Positions 37,736-52,372 of a DNA stretch of 64,000 bases are shown piece by piece (within the stretch, counting starts at the first letter, position 1; the number at the start of each line of letters is the position of its first letter). Source of the stretch: Octopus vulgaris. Lineage: Eukaryota. The notes under the pieces are model-generated. The model was not told the origin of the DNA. It worked only from the letters and a program-made list of their open reading frames with translations, and ran no database searches. The translations under genes were made by a program, and so were the position numbers. The stretch is from NCBI GenBank assembly GCA_951406725.2, contig OX597814.1, positions 51,832,001-51,896,000 of the forward strand, written 5' to 3'.

Positions 37736-40700
37736 TTATAATAATGGATTTTAGTAATTCTTTTACTGGTTTTGATCATTAGGCAGTGTCCATGCTGGGA
37801 TACTGCTTTTAAGCATTTAAGGTGATCATATTGACCTCAGTATAAGTAAAAAAAATCTTGCTGGCTTGTGGCTATGAAGTTAAGTTCAGAAGAGCAACAG
37901 GAAAGGATAGCATTGGTAACTAAAAAGTTTCACCTTTTCCTAATTATAATTATTGTATGTGTTTGTGTGAAATAAGATTTTGAACTGTAGTTTAGTGTAT
38001 GAATGTAATTTATACAAGAACAGAAGCAGATAGGTGTTGACATACTTTCTTGTACTGGAGATTTTGTGATAATATTTTTAACTATGTGATATTAATGGAA
38101 GAGGTAAAATTCAAGTACAATGTTGTAGTGAGTGAGTGATTCATTGAGATGCAACAATTATTTAAAGAAAGGAAAAAGTAGACAGATAGATAGATAGATT
38201 CAGTTATTGTCATTGCTCTTTTCTTTTTCTCCTTAATTTGCTTGTTTCACATTCTGAAAATAATGAGGTAATTTCCTTCTGGTCTTACTTAAACTGTAGA
38301 GAGACCTTTGATCTTGATTAAACATTATAAATGGGTACAGGCTGTATTTCATTACAGAATTATAGTAGTAAACCAAATTTGTAGTTGGTTGTCAGAGTGT
38401 AATGACTGGTTAATATAGCCATTTAATAAAACTAGATAGAAAAGTTATACCAGCTTAACTACTATGTAAGATGTATTGAAGCAAAGAAAAATGAGTAAAC
38501 ATTGAACTGCTTCAGATGATGAGGTTCCAGCTTGGGAATCCAGGCATTTTGGGGGGTATGGAGGTGCCCCCTTAGTTGCCATGCTTCCCAGGACAGCAGT
38601 ACCTATCAAGGCCCTCGTTGTGAGTCAAAGAGAAAAAGTTGGTCATGTGGCTTAGGCATACAGGACTGAGGAAAGGGTTCACTCCTAGATACATGTCACA
38701 CAGACCTATTGGTGTGTTTCTGATGTCACATGAAACAGAGAGTTAAATAGGGCCTGTGCAAAAATAAATTGTAAATAAACTGGCAGAAGGTAACGGCAAT
38801 CAATTGCTGTTGCTTCCTCAAGAAAAATCATGAATCTTAAGACTTTGCCATAGAAGTCTATGATCACTGATGATTGTAGGTATGTTGCATGAAGAAAAAA
38901 GAGACACATTCATGTCTGTATATGTACATACATATAGCTTGCGTATAAGTGTATATATTAATAAAACAAAAACAACATGCACTGCAAACTACTTCAAAAT
39001 ATATTTGGCATGGGTTGCAGAGACTTATTGAGGTAGTATTCTACAGTAGATTTAATAGTTAGAAACTGAAAGAAGCCTGTTGCATACACACACACATGTG
39101 TGTGTGGGGGTCTCCTTATCTTAACATTATGCAATAGTTAAAATTGAATGTCACTGTCATATAAGCGTCCATTTCCAATCTGTAACTAATATCAGATTTT
39201 AACCAACTGACCAATAGAATTTAAAATTTCCAAGAAAATGAATGCTTTTTTGAAAAAGAACAATTTGTGATCTTTACTTAATAAAACAAGTATCTGAGAA
39301 AAAGAAGTATTACTCTTATATTTCTTACATTTCCTCCATTATAAACAAATTTGAAGATTTGAAGCTTATTGGGTGTCTTAATAGAAAGAAATTTAAATAT
39401 GGACAGTCAGTCTTCTATCAAGAAAGATGACAAAGTGTTGATTTTAGATTCAATTTATGTCACTTAGATGTTAATAAGCTCCCTAGAAAACAAAATGCTA
39501 GGAACAAATAAGATAAATCAGAAAGACTAATTAGAATTTTAAAACTATTAGTTAAGAAGGTACCAATTCCGTTATTCTAAGAATACCATTGAAAGTACTT
39601 ATGCAACCTACCAAAACATCTAATAGTTGAAATGATGATCAATTACTTCTTAGTAAACCTCTAAAATCTCCAAAGGTAGGAGGCAAATGCCTACAACACA
39701 GCCTTGTACACTTTAAAGAATTTAACTTCGATGACTGCCTTCAATATCTCAATAGAAAACTGGAATTCTAAAACTATGTAATAGAGTTTGTTGAAGAATG
39801 ATAGTTTTGGGTTATTTTATTTGAGAGTTAAAAGATCCAGTAAACAAAAATGCGACTAGCTGCCTGAAGGAGGAAGTTAGTGGAGGAATCTCCACTTTCT
39901 GCTGGTTTTTCTTAAGCTGGTGATAAGACAAGTCATGTAGTGAAAGTCAGAGAGGAGTTTCATTTTACTAAATAACAAAAAGTATGCGAGTAGAGTCTCT
40001 CATATTTGTGGAAGAATTTGGAAAGGTATGCAAAAGTAAATTCGATCTTACTTAACATAAAAATTTACAGCCATGATCTGGGATGTATCCAAACTAAAGA
40101 AACACATTTGTGTATCATGTTTGTAATAGAGTCACTGCTGGATAGTTCTAGTTATCAGTGATGACCATATTCATTTATGTGGATAGCCATCATTATCATC
40201 TTTTTACATTTGCTTTCCAATATGTGAATGTACACCACCTATTATTAGGTAAATAAATAGATGCATAGACAGATGGACAGAAGAGTTTGCAAAATAAAGA
40301 GAAAGAAAAAAAGGAGTGCTTTTCTACTTTCTCTATATTTTTTGGTTCATATCTATAATTAATGTAAACAAAATGGTTTACTTTGAACAAGTGTTATTTG
40401 TTGATAAATTATAAAAGAAAAATTGTCTGCTCATATATAGTTCTCCCACATCAATGGCATTACATATATCAGAAAATGTATGAATAGGACTACATTTAAA
40501 AAAAAATAATACTGGTGAAAAGAATGTTGGCAAAGGAAACAAAGTGTATTTGTTATGTATTCTCTAACATAGGAAATAAGGAAAGCAAAACATTTTTAAT
40601 GACCTAGAATAATTTTGCATTATCTGAATAAAATTTTGAAGGTTTTAACAATAACAATGTAATGCAAAGTATATTAAAGATTGTTTGAAGAATTCTATAT

Positions 40701-43700
40701 AGTAAACTATATAATAGATATATATAAGGGAAAACTCAATAAGAACAAGTTCTGCGAGAGAATTAGCCAGACAGGAAATATATTTTTTTAATAATAAATG
40801 TAAGAGTTTGAAAAGACACAAATCCAATATATTAAACTGTGATATTATACCTTGTATGACTACCTTCAAAAGAAACTCGAAACTACTGTCTTCAGAAGCT
40901 GCCAATAAAATTTTATTTGTATTTTATGAAGCTATTGCCTACAGTCTCTGATCTTTCCCTGGAGCCAATTAATTATATATTGATTTCATTTGCCAAAAAA
41001 TCTCTTAGTATAAAATGGAGTCATCTGAAAACTCATTTTTGCTTATTATGCCCTAGAGTAATTAAATTCAATTATGTAACTGCTACAATAGTATGATTTT
41101 AATTAAAACGCACCATTTAGAAAAGCAAGTTACACATCTATTGAGATCAAGCTAATTTTATTACAAATCTGTGAAGGTATAACTCAGTTTATTAAAAAAT
41201 TGAAAATTTAGAAATATATAATGAAAAAGTAAAAAAAGAACCATATTTATGGACAATTTAGAAAAGATGGTAATATTAGCTTTTAGAATGCAAAGATAGT
41301 CTGCTTTTAAGACAAATTTAGGTTGTAGCTGCATCCATATGTAACTAGGCACAACAGATAAAAGGCACAGCAAAATTGTGGCTATGATATTACATTTTTA
41401 GTAGCTGTAAAGATAAACAGAGAAAGAAAGTGAACTGCTGATTTAAACTGTTTCAACTCTGATAGAAGGCAAGATTGTGGACAACTTTTGCTTTGTTAAC
41501 AGTCAAATTTTGACTGAAGCAAGTGGCAAGACGGATAATTCTTTTTTACTACTTGACACAATTTCATCTTGATATACAAGATCTAATTTTCAATCAGTAC
41601 AAAATATAATGTAGAATTCTTGCTTACTTTAGTTAAAGGAGTTAATTATTTAATCTACAGCAACATTTTGGTCTAGGATGTAGCACAGTTCTAGTAACAA
41701 AGCATGAACTAAGTTAAAAAGCTGATTCCTCTTCCACTCAGATATTGTAGCATTTTTCTCTACTATTAAATTGATTACTAAGATATGTAGCTGGGTGAGT
41801 TCATAAGTTATAAGACAACCAACTGAGAGGCCAATGTTTCATATCCAAGCTCCATATTATGTCCATAGCCAAAATATTTAGCATCTCAAAACTCCTTCTC
41901 TGCCCTGATGTAAATAGATATTACAGGAGAGGAGCAACCTATTGTTATTTGCAAGAACTGTAAAATTACCAAGTATTTTGTTAGTTTGTAGAACTCAACT
42001 ATTGTGTGTTTAACTTGGATATTGTTAAGCTCTACTAAGGTAATTTACCTTAAATACACTGTATAAATATGAAATCTGCAATATCTTTATAATCCAGTAT
42101 TGCTGCTGGGAAAGATAGCTGAACAGCTGGTTAAAAGTACTTGGTTATGCTGACAGTTTAACAGCTTCTAGCTGATAATATTGACATTTAATTGGTTAAT
42201 AGGCAATAGTTCTGCACTCAGAAATTAGTTTGTTTAGTTGGAGGGTTACCTTGGTATTATTGATTATTATCTGATTATTTAGATAACATTTATACTTTAA
42301 AAATTCACTGAAAATTTGTTAACCATTTAATCTAGTAAAATGTTATGTTCTTACAGGAGGTAATTAAAAGATAATGAGAAACTTCTTCAACTATACTATT
42401 ATGATATTACCTATATAACAATTTTTTATGACCAAGATAATGTAATAATGCATTTTTTTACTTAGGAATATGGTTAACTTTAGTTGAGGACCTAAAATGA
42501 TTTTTCACAACTTTCTAAAAGCAAAGAGAGAGAAATTCTCACTAACACTATTCACAAAATAATCTATCACTGCTATTATTATCCACAGAATATCAAAATT
42601 ATAAAATTTTGAAATCAAATTTCATCTTAAGCAAAGCTGTCAGATTTATCTTCTGAGCAGACAAAATAGTGAACTATCAACTTACAGGTCAACAAGCATT
42701 TTGATGTCTCTAGGCTGGACATGTAATTCTACAGTCTACAATTTCCCTAAATAATTGCCAGACATCCTGAGAATGTTAGAGACAATGTTATGGTGATCTT
42801 AAAAAGTGGGGTAATTTGTTTCTTTTGTTCAAGCCCTATTCAGTTTTCAGCCTCTCCTACATTCCACTTAACAAAAGGCAACTTCATTGTAACTTTAAAT
42901 AGCTGCACAATGAAAGTGCATGGTAGTTATTGCAAACTTCAGTCTATGGCTGAATGAATAATGAATTTAATACTGGATCAAAGACTGAAAATTCATTTCC
43001 TACAATTAATTCTAATTTACAACACAAACATAAAACCATAGGTTTTAAGGATGAGTAAAAGTGAAGCTAACATTCATGTCTTTCTGAAATGCATTATCAG
43101 TTTAATTAAAATGTTAAAAAAAAAACAATTTGTAAACGTGATTAATTTTATGGTATACAAGATATTATCAACACTGTAAACCAAGAGCCAACTAATATAT
43201 GATCAATGCCCCTCTTCATCAATAAAAACTGAACTCACTTACAGGACCTCTGACTACATGTAACTAAAATTCTACGTTTGGACTATATATATAAAAAACT
43301 CAGCTATACAATTACACGAATGTGACAAGCTAGATATTCTTCATGGAATGTAATGTTGACAGCAGAAATGTCGAAGATTTTTTCTTTAAAGTCACAAATA
43401 TTTGGTACAGAAAAGAAAAGTGTTAAAATATTACACTTTAGGATTCTTTATGGCATTTCTTAGGATAGAAGCAAAAAATAATATGAAATAATTAATTTAA
43501 TTTATCATGACAAATTAAAAATGACACCTTTGATACTATCCTCCTTAGCCATTATTTATGAGACATGACTCTTAAGCAAAGAAAAACTAAAACCTGAAAA
43601 AAGAGTGGTGGTAGAATTGATAAGATACTGGCCTGTAGGCCTGTAGTCAAAACCTGTTACCAATATTTAATTCTTGTCCTGTCAAAGACAAACTTCAGTT

Positions 43701-44167
43701 TTAATACATAAGTTAATGTTAACATATCTAATGTCAGGAGCATTATAAAACTAACTAGAGATAATTATGCAATGAGGAAAAAATAATATTTATGAATATT
43801 ATTTTAATCTTTTTTAGCGAGTTTAAGAGACAATTCAAGACTGTTTCAGTCTTATTCTTACCTCATCAATAAAACATATATTACCATACTTATTCAAATT
43901 GTGATAAAAGAATTACTAAGTAAATATACAAGATTGTATGTTTGCTGGCATTGGAAAATGGAATTACTTAGAAATTAGGTAATTAAATAATTCATAACTG
44001 CAGGAAAAGGTAAAAATAATATTAAACACTGACTAATGCTTTTGTTCTTTCATTGATTAATTATTTACACTTGGCTTTCTAGAACAGTATACATTTATTT
44101 GACCTTTTCAATTTAAATTGTTTAATCCAGCAAACTGTATAATGCAATGTTATGAATTATGAAGTGG

Positions 44168-44614
44168 TGACATGGCTGTGTAATAGAATGTTTGCTTCCT
44201 ACCCATATGGCTTCAGGTTCAGTCCCACTTAGTTGTATCTTGGGCAAGTATCTTGTACAACTTTAGGCTGATTGAAGCTTTTTGAGTGGATTTTGGAGAT
44301 GTGAACTGAAAGAAGCCCTTGTGTGTATATATATATATATTGATAGATAGATAGATAGATAGACAGATAGATACATGTGTGTGTGGGGGGGGAATACTGA
44401 CTCTATACCTTGATATTGCGTGATAGTTGTATGTGTCACCATTATGCAAAAGGTGTCTATTTCCAATCTTCTGGGAAAACATGTCTGGTCATGGAAAAAT
44501 ATTACTTTACAGGTGAGGGTTGGTGACAGGAATGGCAATTGGCCATAGAAAACCTACTTCAATAAATTCCATTTGACCCATGGAAGAGTAAATGTGAAAA
44601 TGATGATGATGATG
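44168..44614 (+). mobile_element. SINE family A with internal TA/GATA/TG microsatellites and (GAT)n tail
   Basis: Same head, core and tail as 2374-2728. Confidence 0.8.
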
Positions 44615-45692
44615 CAGTGAGGGATCACTGCGGTGATGAGCTTAATTCATTTGAAGATCAAGTTAAACTCACAACATGGAAAACTACAATGAGAGAAAAA
44701 CTATTGGAATCTTTACCATTATTTCTCTTACTATCAATATACTTTCTACATTCCATTTGTACAACAGTGTTATGAAAGTTACAGGAGATCCGATGATAAC
44801 CTTTCGGGTCATTTTTTAAAAAAATTAGATTATATATGAAAAATAAATATGTATTGAAGTATGCATTTATTAAACTGTAGATAAAATTTTTTAAAAATTA
44901 ACATACCTTTTACATCCGTCTGATTATCTTTTTTCCATCTTGGACATTCTATGTATAATTTTTGATGATTCCCTGACTGAATTTTGAAAAAGAGAGAGAG
45001 AGAGAGAGAGAAGGGGGGGCAACGTGTGAAGAAACAATGAGGAAGAAAACCAGTAGATCACTTGAGTGAAGGAAAGAATAATAGTTTTATACATAAACAT
45101 AAAGTAGTCAATTATACTAATTCCAGTACTTGAACGGTATTTATCCTGGAAGGATAAAAGGTAAAGTTTACTCTGGTGGAATTTGACGAGAACATAAAAG
45201 GTGCAATTAAATACTATGAAGCATTTTGCCCACTGTTTTACTGATTCTACCAATTCATCTTCTTTTCCCATTCTACATGGGAATGTATGTGTTTAGAATA
45301 AAATTATTTTTAAATGTCTGAAAGTGTTATGTCCATTATGTTGATGCTAATCAAAATTCAAATCATAAAATTGAAAATCAACAGACTAACATGATAGTGA
45401 AAAGTGCAAAACCTAAGTGAAGGTGTGTATAAATAGGATGTGAATATTTTGGATGTACTATTGATATAGTTTTATATTAGTCCTTGCTATTTCACAATTT
45501 CTGGTTTATAACATTATAGCATTTAAACGTTTTCTTTTTATAATATGTTAAATTTACTTTATTATTTGTTCAATATAATTTATTTCAAAGATGAATTTTT
45601 TTCAGGATTATTCTTAAAGGTATTATACATATCAAAAGAAAATGTAAACTACAAAGTATTATATATGCATTACTTAGTCTTAACATATTTAA

Positions 45693-47683
45693 CCCTTTTA
45701 AAATGGTTGACATAAATTTACACATGCAACGTACATGCTTTAAATTGGTTGACATAATTATACACTGCCTGACTGAGAACCTATTGCCATATTAGTGGTC
45801 CATCTGCCAACAAATAGGCCGATTAGATGAAAATATTTACAACCTGATAGGCTGGTCATGCCACTCCGACTGTCAACTTTGTTATCGTGTCCTGTTTAGT
45901 CAAATTTATGGTCATGGTGTCCTACCACTCCAGCTCCATCAACTTTGTTGTCGTGTCCCCTTTAGTTGAATTTATGGTTATCGCACCCTACCACTTTGAC
46001 TCCATCAACTTCCTCGTCACACCCTGTTTCATTGAATTTATGATCATCACACCAAGGTCCACTACCTCACCAGTTGTTTCTTCCGGTTCAGACGATGACC
46101 CAGAGAGTGAGTATTTTCCTAATTCAGAATCAGATGATTTCAATAGCGATGATGATATTCTGGTTAATCAAAGGTACAGTGAATGGCCCTGGACAACAGA
46201 ATGTCATGTGACGAACGAGAGGCAATTTCATCTGATGGCATGGATTTACTAGTATGCCTGGCATAAAAGCAAACCTTGGACATGGAAGTTCGCCATTGGA
46301 AATCTTTCACAAGTTTTTGACAGATGAAATGTTCCAATATATAGTGAATGAAATGAATGACTATGCTGAAAACCACCCCCAGCATGTCAGACCTGGGCAT
46401 GGCAATGATTGGTTTCCAACCACAGGGGACAAAATCAAAGTTCTTCTGATACTAATGGGCATCGTAAAGAAACCAACCCTGGTGTCATATTGGAATCAGG
46501 ATCCAGCCACATTGACACCTTTCTTTCCAGAAAAGATGTCACATGATCAATTTTTGGTGCTTCTTCGAAATGTACATTTCAACTTGGGTGAGAACCAGGA
46601 TGACAGGCTGCACAAAATACGCCCTATCATTGATGAAGTAGCTGAAAGTTTCAGAACAGTGTATGTCCCCACACAGGACATTTATACAGATGAGAGTTTG
46701 TGGAAATTCAAGGGAAGGCTCTGATTCAAACAATACAACCTGACCAAACATGCCTGCTCTGGAGTTAAGGTTTATAAAGTATGCCAAGTCAACTGGCTGA
46801 GCCTGTGGGTACACATGGAATTACAAAATCTACACTTGTCAGGACAGATTGGATCTTCCAGTGTCTACTCTAGTGTCAACTGATGTATTGTCACAGAATG
46901 AAAACTTGTTTGACAAAGGCTACAATATTTATATGAATGACTGGTTTTCCAGTCCAGACTTCTTCCTGCAGCTGAAGCAAGGAGGACTAATGCCTATGGG
47001 ACTGTGAGGACACATAGGAAAAACATGCCACCCAATCTTCACAAGATAAAACATCAAAAGGGAGAAACAGCATACCAATGCACCAGCATTTTTATTCTAG
47101 TGTGGCATGACATGAAAAACGTCTGCATGTTATCCACAATGCATTCTGCAAGCATGAAGGACACTAGAAAAGAAGATGTGGAATAATGTCATAATGAAAC
47201 CTAGTGTAGTTGTTTCATACAATGAAGGGATGGGCAGGGGTTGATTGCTCAGATCAGCTGGCGATGACACACAAATCAGTGAGAAAATTTGTGAAATGGT
47301 ACAAAGAAATTTTCTTGTATATAGTTGATGTGTGTCATGAACTTGTGTTTGATTTGGCAGATGCTTGGCGGTGTGGGGGATGGATTGTCATTCAGGACTC
47401 TGTAGCTCCATGAAATGATAGAAGCATCAAACCTGCCAAAAGTACAGAATGCGTGGACATCCCCACACCAGACTCTCTCTTCACTGCATGGTGAAGAGAC
47501 ATGGACATTTTCCAAGACTGTTTCCCCTTAACGTCAAGAAGATAAACGTTTCAAGGATATGCACAGTATGTGAAGTAAAAGGGAAAGTAGACACCATTGT
47601 TCACAATGTGATATGCCAGTGTGTGTGATTACTATCAATGCAACCAAGTTGCTTGATAAAAAAAAATAACCATTGTCATGGGG
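45693..47683 (+). mobile_element. piggyBac transposon with disrupted PGBD4-like transposase
   Basis: TTAA|CCC at 45689-45695 and GGG|TTAA at 47681-47687. ORF fragments: acidic N-terminus, SPLEIFHKFLTDEM, MGIVKKP..SYW, DRLHKIRPII, DESLWKFKGRL*FKQY, VCMLSTMH, GVDCSDQL, KWYKEIF. Confidence 0.92.
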
Positions 47684-49059
47684 TTAATGCTGGGAGCATT
47701 AAAAACCTAACTAGAAATAGATATGCAAGAATAAAAAAAATGTATGGCAATCTAAAATTAAATAGTTTTGATTTTCTCAGGAAGTACAGGTAACAAATCC
47801 AGACATGTTTAAAAATAATCAGGCTTCATCAGTGAAACATTGCTTCCAATATATTTGCCAAAGTAGTTATGAATTAAAAATAACAAGACAGTACATTTAT
47901 TGGTGTAAGAAAATAGAACTGTTCAGAGATTATGCCAGGTGAGACAAGTCCAAATGTTTTAGCTTACTCAGATCTCTTCAGCAAAAACAGTCTTCACCAT
48001 ATTTTGCCAAGTAACAAGGCAGTCAGTTATTGGTATAGAAAATAGAATTGTTTAGAAATAGAGAAAGTGAGAGATGTCATCAACATGAAAGCAATAGGTA
48101 AGACTGTGCTTAAATGATGTTTAGGGCATTAACAGTTTAACTTGAGATGAATATGTAGTGAGAAAAAATTAGACAGACAAACAGATAGGTAAAGTCAATG
48201 CCTAATGTTTTCATTTTCTGGCAAGGAAGAGCAATAACTCATGCCATATTTTGGTCTTTTTTTTTGACCTCATCAGTAAATCATAGCCTTTGATGTACTT
48301 ACTCAAATATTGATAAATGATTAAGTAAATATACAATATTGTACATTGAAGATGTAAAGAAAGAGATCGAATAATATTAATATAATAAGATATTAGTCAT
48401 TGACTAATAATGTACTTGTTATTTTTCCTCTCACCACATTTTTTTATCAAGTTAGCTTTTCAATACCTTTGTATTAAATAATGCTAGCAATAACTTACTC
48501 ATTGTTTTTCAAGCAGATAGTGTCATTGAATTATTTAATCTCTTTGCATACATAGTTTGTTTGAATATGTGTATATGTATTCAGTTGATACAATCAGTTA
48601 ATAATGAGAGCGTTCTATTGACAGAGAAAAAACAGGTTTCTCTAGCTACAGTGTTCTAAGTAAATATGCATTTAGGTTTCTCAAACTACATTGTTCTAAA
48701 TAAATATGCATTTGTGAACAATAGTATCAGCAGACCTTATCTGAAAGCGATGTTCAATGAGCCAATGAATTGTTTGACATACAATCTCTTAACTACATCT
48801 GGTCAAACATATCTAACACCAAAAAATATAGTAATAAAGGTATAAAATTTAAATATGAAAATTATTTTGTACTTTAGTGCTTTTTTAATGTTGTATTATT
48901 TCATTATATTGTCACCACAACTCTGTATTATTCAAATTACTTCCATGTAGTTATCATGCTGTTTGCTACTTTGCATTATGTTATGTATTTCGTGTTTGGG
49001 GGAATATCATTAGTTGTTTGAAGTAAATTAAAAGGTATTTTCATTCTAGCCTAAACCTG

Positions 49060-49780
49060 TTTCAATTTAATTTACTCCAATGGATAAGATTCTAAAACAG
49101 GATATTTTCAACACTGACCAGAACACTAACAACATGGCCCAAAAATTGTGATATTGGTCTATCAGCTATTGAAGACAAGAAATTCAACAAACTTTATGTG
49201 CTAATTAATTATATCTTGCCACTCGTTTTCAAATGTATACCCAAATCTACCCATGAGGTCACTATTGACATATTTCAAAGTATATATGTCAAACTGAAAT
49301 ATGAAAACTTCTCAAAAAAATCAGAAACAAAAAATCATCAATGAATCTTTAGACCAATACTTATGGAACTTCAAACTTTTAAGCCAAGACTGAAACTTTC
49401 AACCCTTGACAGCTGAAAAGTCCCAGATCGACTATGTTAGGGACACCTTTGTTAATGGCATATGTTCAAAATGCATTTGCCAAGGCTTCTCACTTAGAAA
49501 CCACATCTCCTTATTTAGAAACCACATTTCAACTGGCCAAAAATACTAGAAATTACACAAAACCAGTTGAGGGACTTCCCAACCAACATAGCAATCAAAC
49601 TTATGCCCACCTTGAAGAGGAAGCAGAGATAACTGACTCAAATCGTACAACCACAGCTATTTTATGACTTAGGGGTATCTTTTGTAGCCTTATTAGGCAC
49701 TCTAGAAATAAGTGCCTACCCAAAGAAACAAGATGCAGCCTGTACAATAAAATAGTGAACTCCTCCTAATTAAAGACCTA
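49060..49780 (+). mobile_element. Degraded Gypsy-type gag fragment
   Basis: Fragments MDKILKQDIFNTD, RDTFVNGICSK and the zinc-knuckle-like FCSLIRHSRNKCLPKETRCSL across frameshifts. Confidence 0.55.
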
Positions 49781-52372
49781 CATCAGTTACAACCTTTCTC
49801 ATAACTATATCTGTCATTTCTCCATCATGTCCAACAACTGCAAGCATAGAGTTATAAGTGATCTTACTCTTGGCTCTTACAAGTATCACAAAGTATAACT
49901 TATAGCCCTAAATGATTTATACTTAAGTTAGAGTAACCTGCATTATTCATGATTTCTTACAATGCTGTTTTGCAATAAAGTAATGTTATCATTTATATCA
50001 AATTACTTTGTATAATCAAGTTTAATCCCACAACACATGTATTGGCTTTAGTGTAGGGCAACTAGCCTAACTTACTATACATTAAATTACCAAATTAATG
50101 TGTTGTATATGTCAAGACTTTAGAAAAGAGGTGATGTTAGCAAGTCTCTGTTGTTTTTCAAAATCCATCCTTTAATTGTATTTGACATTGATCACACTGC
50201 ATTGTCATAGCTGATATGTTACTTGTTATTTGGAGAAGTGCATACTATGTACAGTAGTAAGGAAGTTTCTGAATGAGTTCAGTCTCAAGTAAGCTGTTTA
50301 TGATGTTGTTAATAGAAAAGTAGGAATTATGAAGTCATTCAATAAAACAAAAGATCATGAATCTGCAACACATCCATGAAGATTGATATTCTACATCATT
50401 CCTGCTACAGGGATTTGACACCTCTGTAACAAGAACACTGTTACACATATTCCACAATCCTGCAAGGGAAAACTATTACTCTGTGCAAGGTTGTTGCTTT
50501 ACTTGAATTACATGGCATTAAAAAAGTAAAACTAAAAAAGAACGTTCTCAGTTTCAAAATGACATAGAAGATAAGCAGAGCAAACATAGCAATTACCCAA
50601 AGATTTCTGAAGCCATATAGAATTATATCCAGAATTATAACAGAGCAAGATGAGCATAAAAATATCAAAAATCATCTCTCACCATTGCAATGATACATAA
50701 AATGCCAGGAATGGCATCTAGTATAAACAATTTATTAATATAGCAATTAGTATTATTAATAGTTGCCCTATTAATATGTTAATATAGCAATAACCTAGTG
50801 TTTGCTATACGAGGTTATTAACATGAATTTAATATAAACTTTAGCTTTTCCAGAAGTGACACCAAAAACAGCAGAGATAGCTCATTGTAAAGCTAGTACA
50901 CAGTAACATATGGCTGAGCATGAATTTTGAATTTTGTATAAGGCTGATGTATTCAATGTGGAAATCCATGAAATGACTTAAGAAGCTATGGGAGGTGGCT
51001 ATGACACAATAGTGATTGCATTTGACTGTAGAAAAACTTACCACTAACTGAAGTTGACTTGGAATATTATAAGGGACAGCTTTGGAGTCATAATTTTGGC
51101 ATCCATGAAATGAAAGTGCTTTAATGCATCTGTAATAATATTTTGCTGGAAAAGGTCCCAGTAAAATAATATACTTGAATTTGTACATCTTGTTGCTCTG
51201 TATATTCTGTGACAGGTAGTTTCAGAAAATATTTCAGTTTAAGGAATATTTATTAAAAATAGGGAAATAGTTTCTATTTTGAGGAAAAGATTTAGCATTT
51301 ACCAGCTAGAAACTTTTTCCAGAAGCTAATGCATGTGTGTGCATGAACATGCACATAAATAAAGATTTTTTATCAATTAATCTTTAAAAATTGTTTTGAT
51401 ACTAGAAACAAACAAAAAATTTTATAAATGAACAAAAGAAAAAGACAAATATTGTTGACAAATTTTGGGAGGATATTTGCATATTTCATGCAATGAAATA
51501 TTTTGTGTGAGAATGTTTATTTGTGTGTATGTGTGTATTACAGATTTTACAGGTTAGGAAATTAAAATTTAAATGAGAAAACATTGAAATAATAATAATA
51601 GCTTCTTAATTTTAATGAAAATTGAGACAAAAATATTTAAATATTCACAAATAAATTTTAGATTTTGGATTTTGAAAATATGAGATAATTGAGCAGATGT
51701 TAATAACAATAATAATTTATTAGTTTGGTATAAAGCCAAAAACTTTTGGGAGAGTTATGGTGGATTGAATTAATCCAAATACATAATTAATATAATATTA
51801 ATAATAATTTAATAATAATAATGGTATCTTACATTGACATCAGGCCACAAATGTATAGGGAAAGGGTCTAGTTAATTGGATTCCCCAAGTATATGATTGG
51901 TGTATGTTTTATTAATCTCAGAGGAATAAAAGGCAAAGTTGATCCTGGCTGGATATGAAATGACAGTGTAAGTGGACAAAAAACAAATACCCTAGGGTAT
52001 TTAGTATGGCACTCTACTGCTTTGGCCAGGCACTGTCCTAATAATAATAATAATTATTATTATTATTATTTCTTTAATTTCTAACTTTCACTGAGAAAAA
52101 TATTGTTACTTTGTTAGGTATGATGAAGAGCTTATGATGGTTATATACAGTAAAATGGAATGTTAAGAACAAAGTTATTTTCTTATCATACAATGAAGAG
52201 TGTTAGAAACAATTATTATACAATGAAGAGTGTTAAGCCCAAAACATAGAGGCATCATTATTGTTTCCTTGTACAGTTATTGGATTATGATGGTGCTGTT
52301 CTTCAGACATTATGAAAAAACCCATCAATTATGGAAATAATACTGTCCACTATATGATATACATCAGTGGCA

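Noticed and set aside
43344-43353. miR-1-like TGGAATGTAA
   Set aside because: Only 10 nt match, with no precursor hairpin, and it is far from any known UTR.
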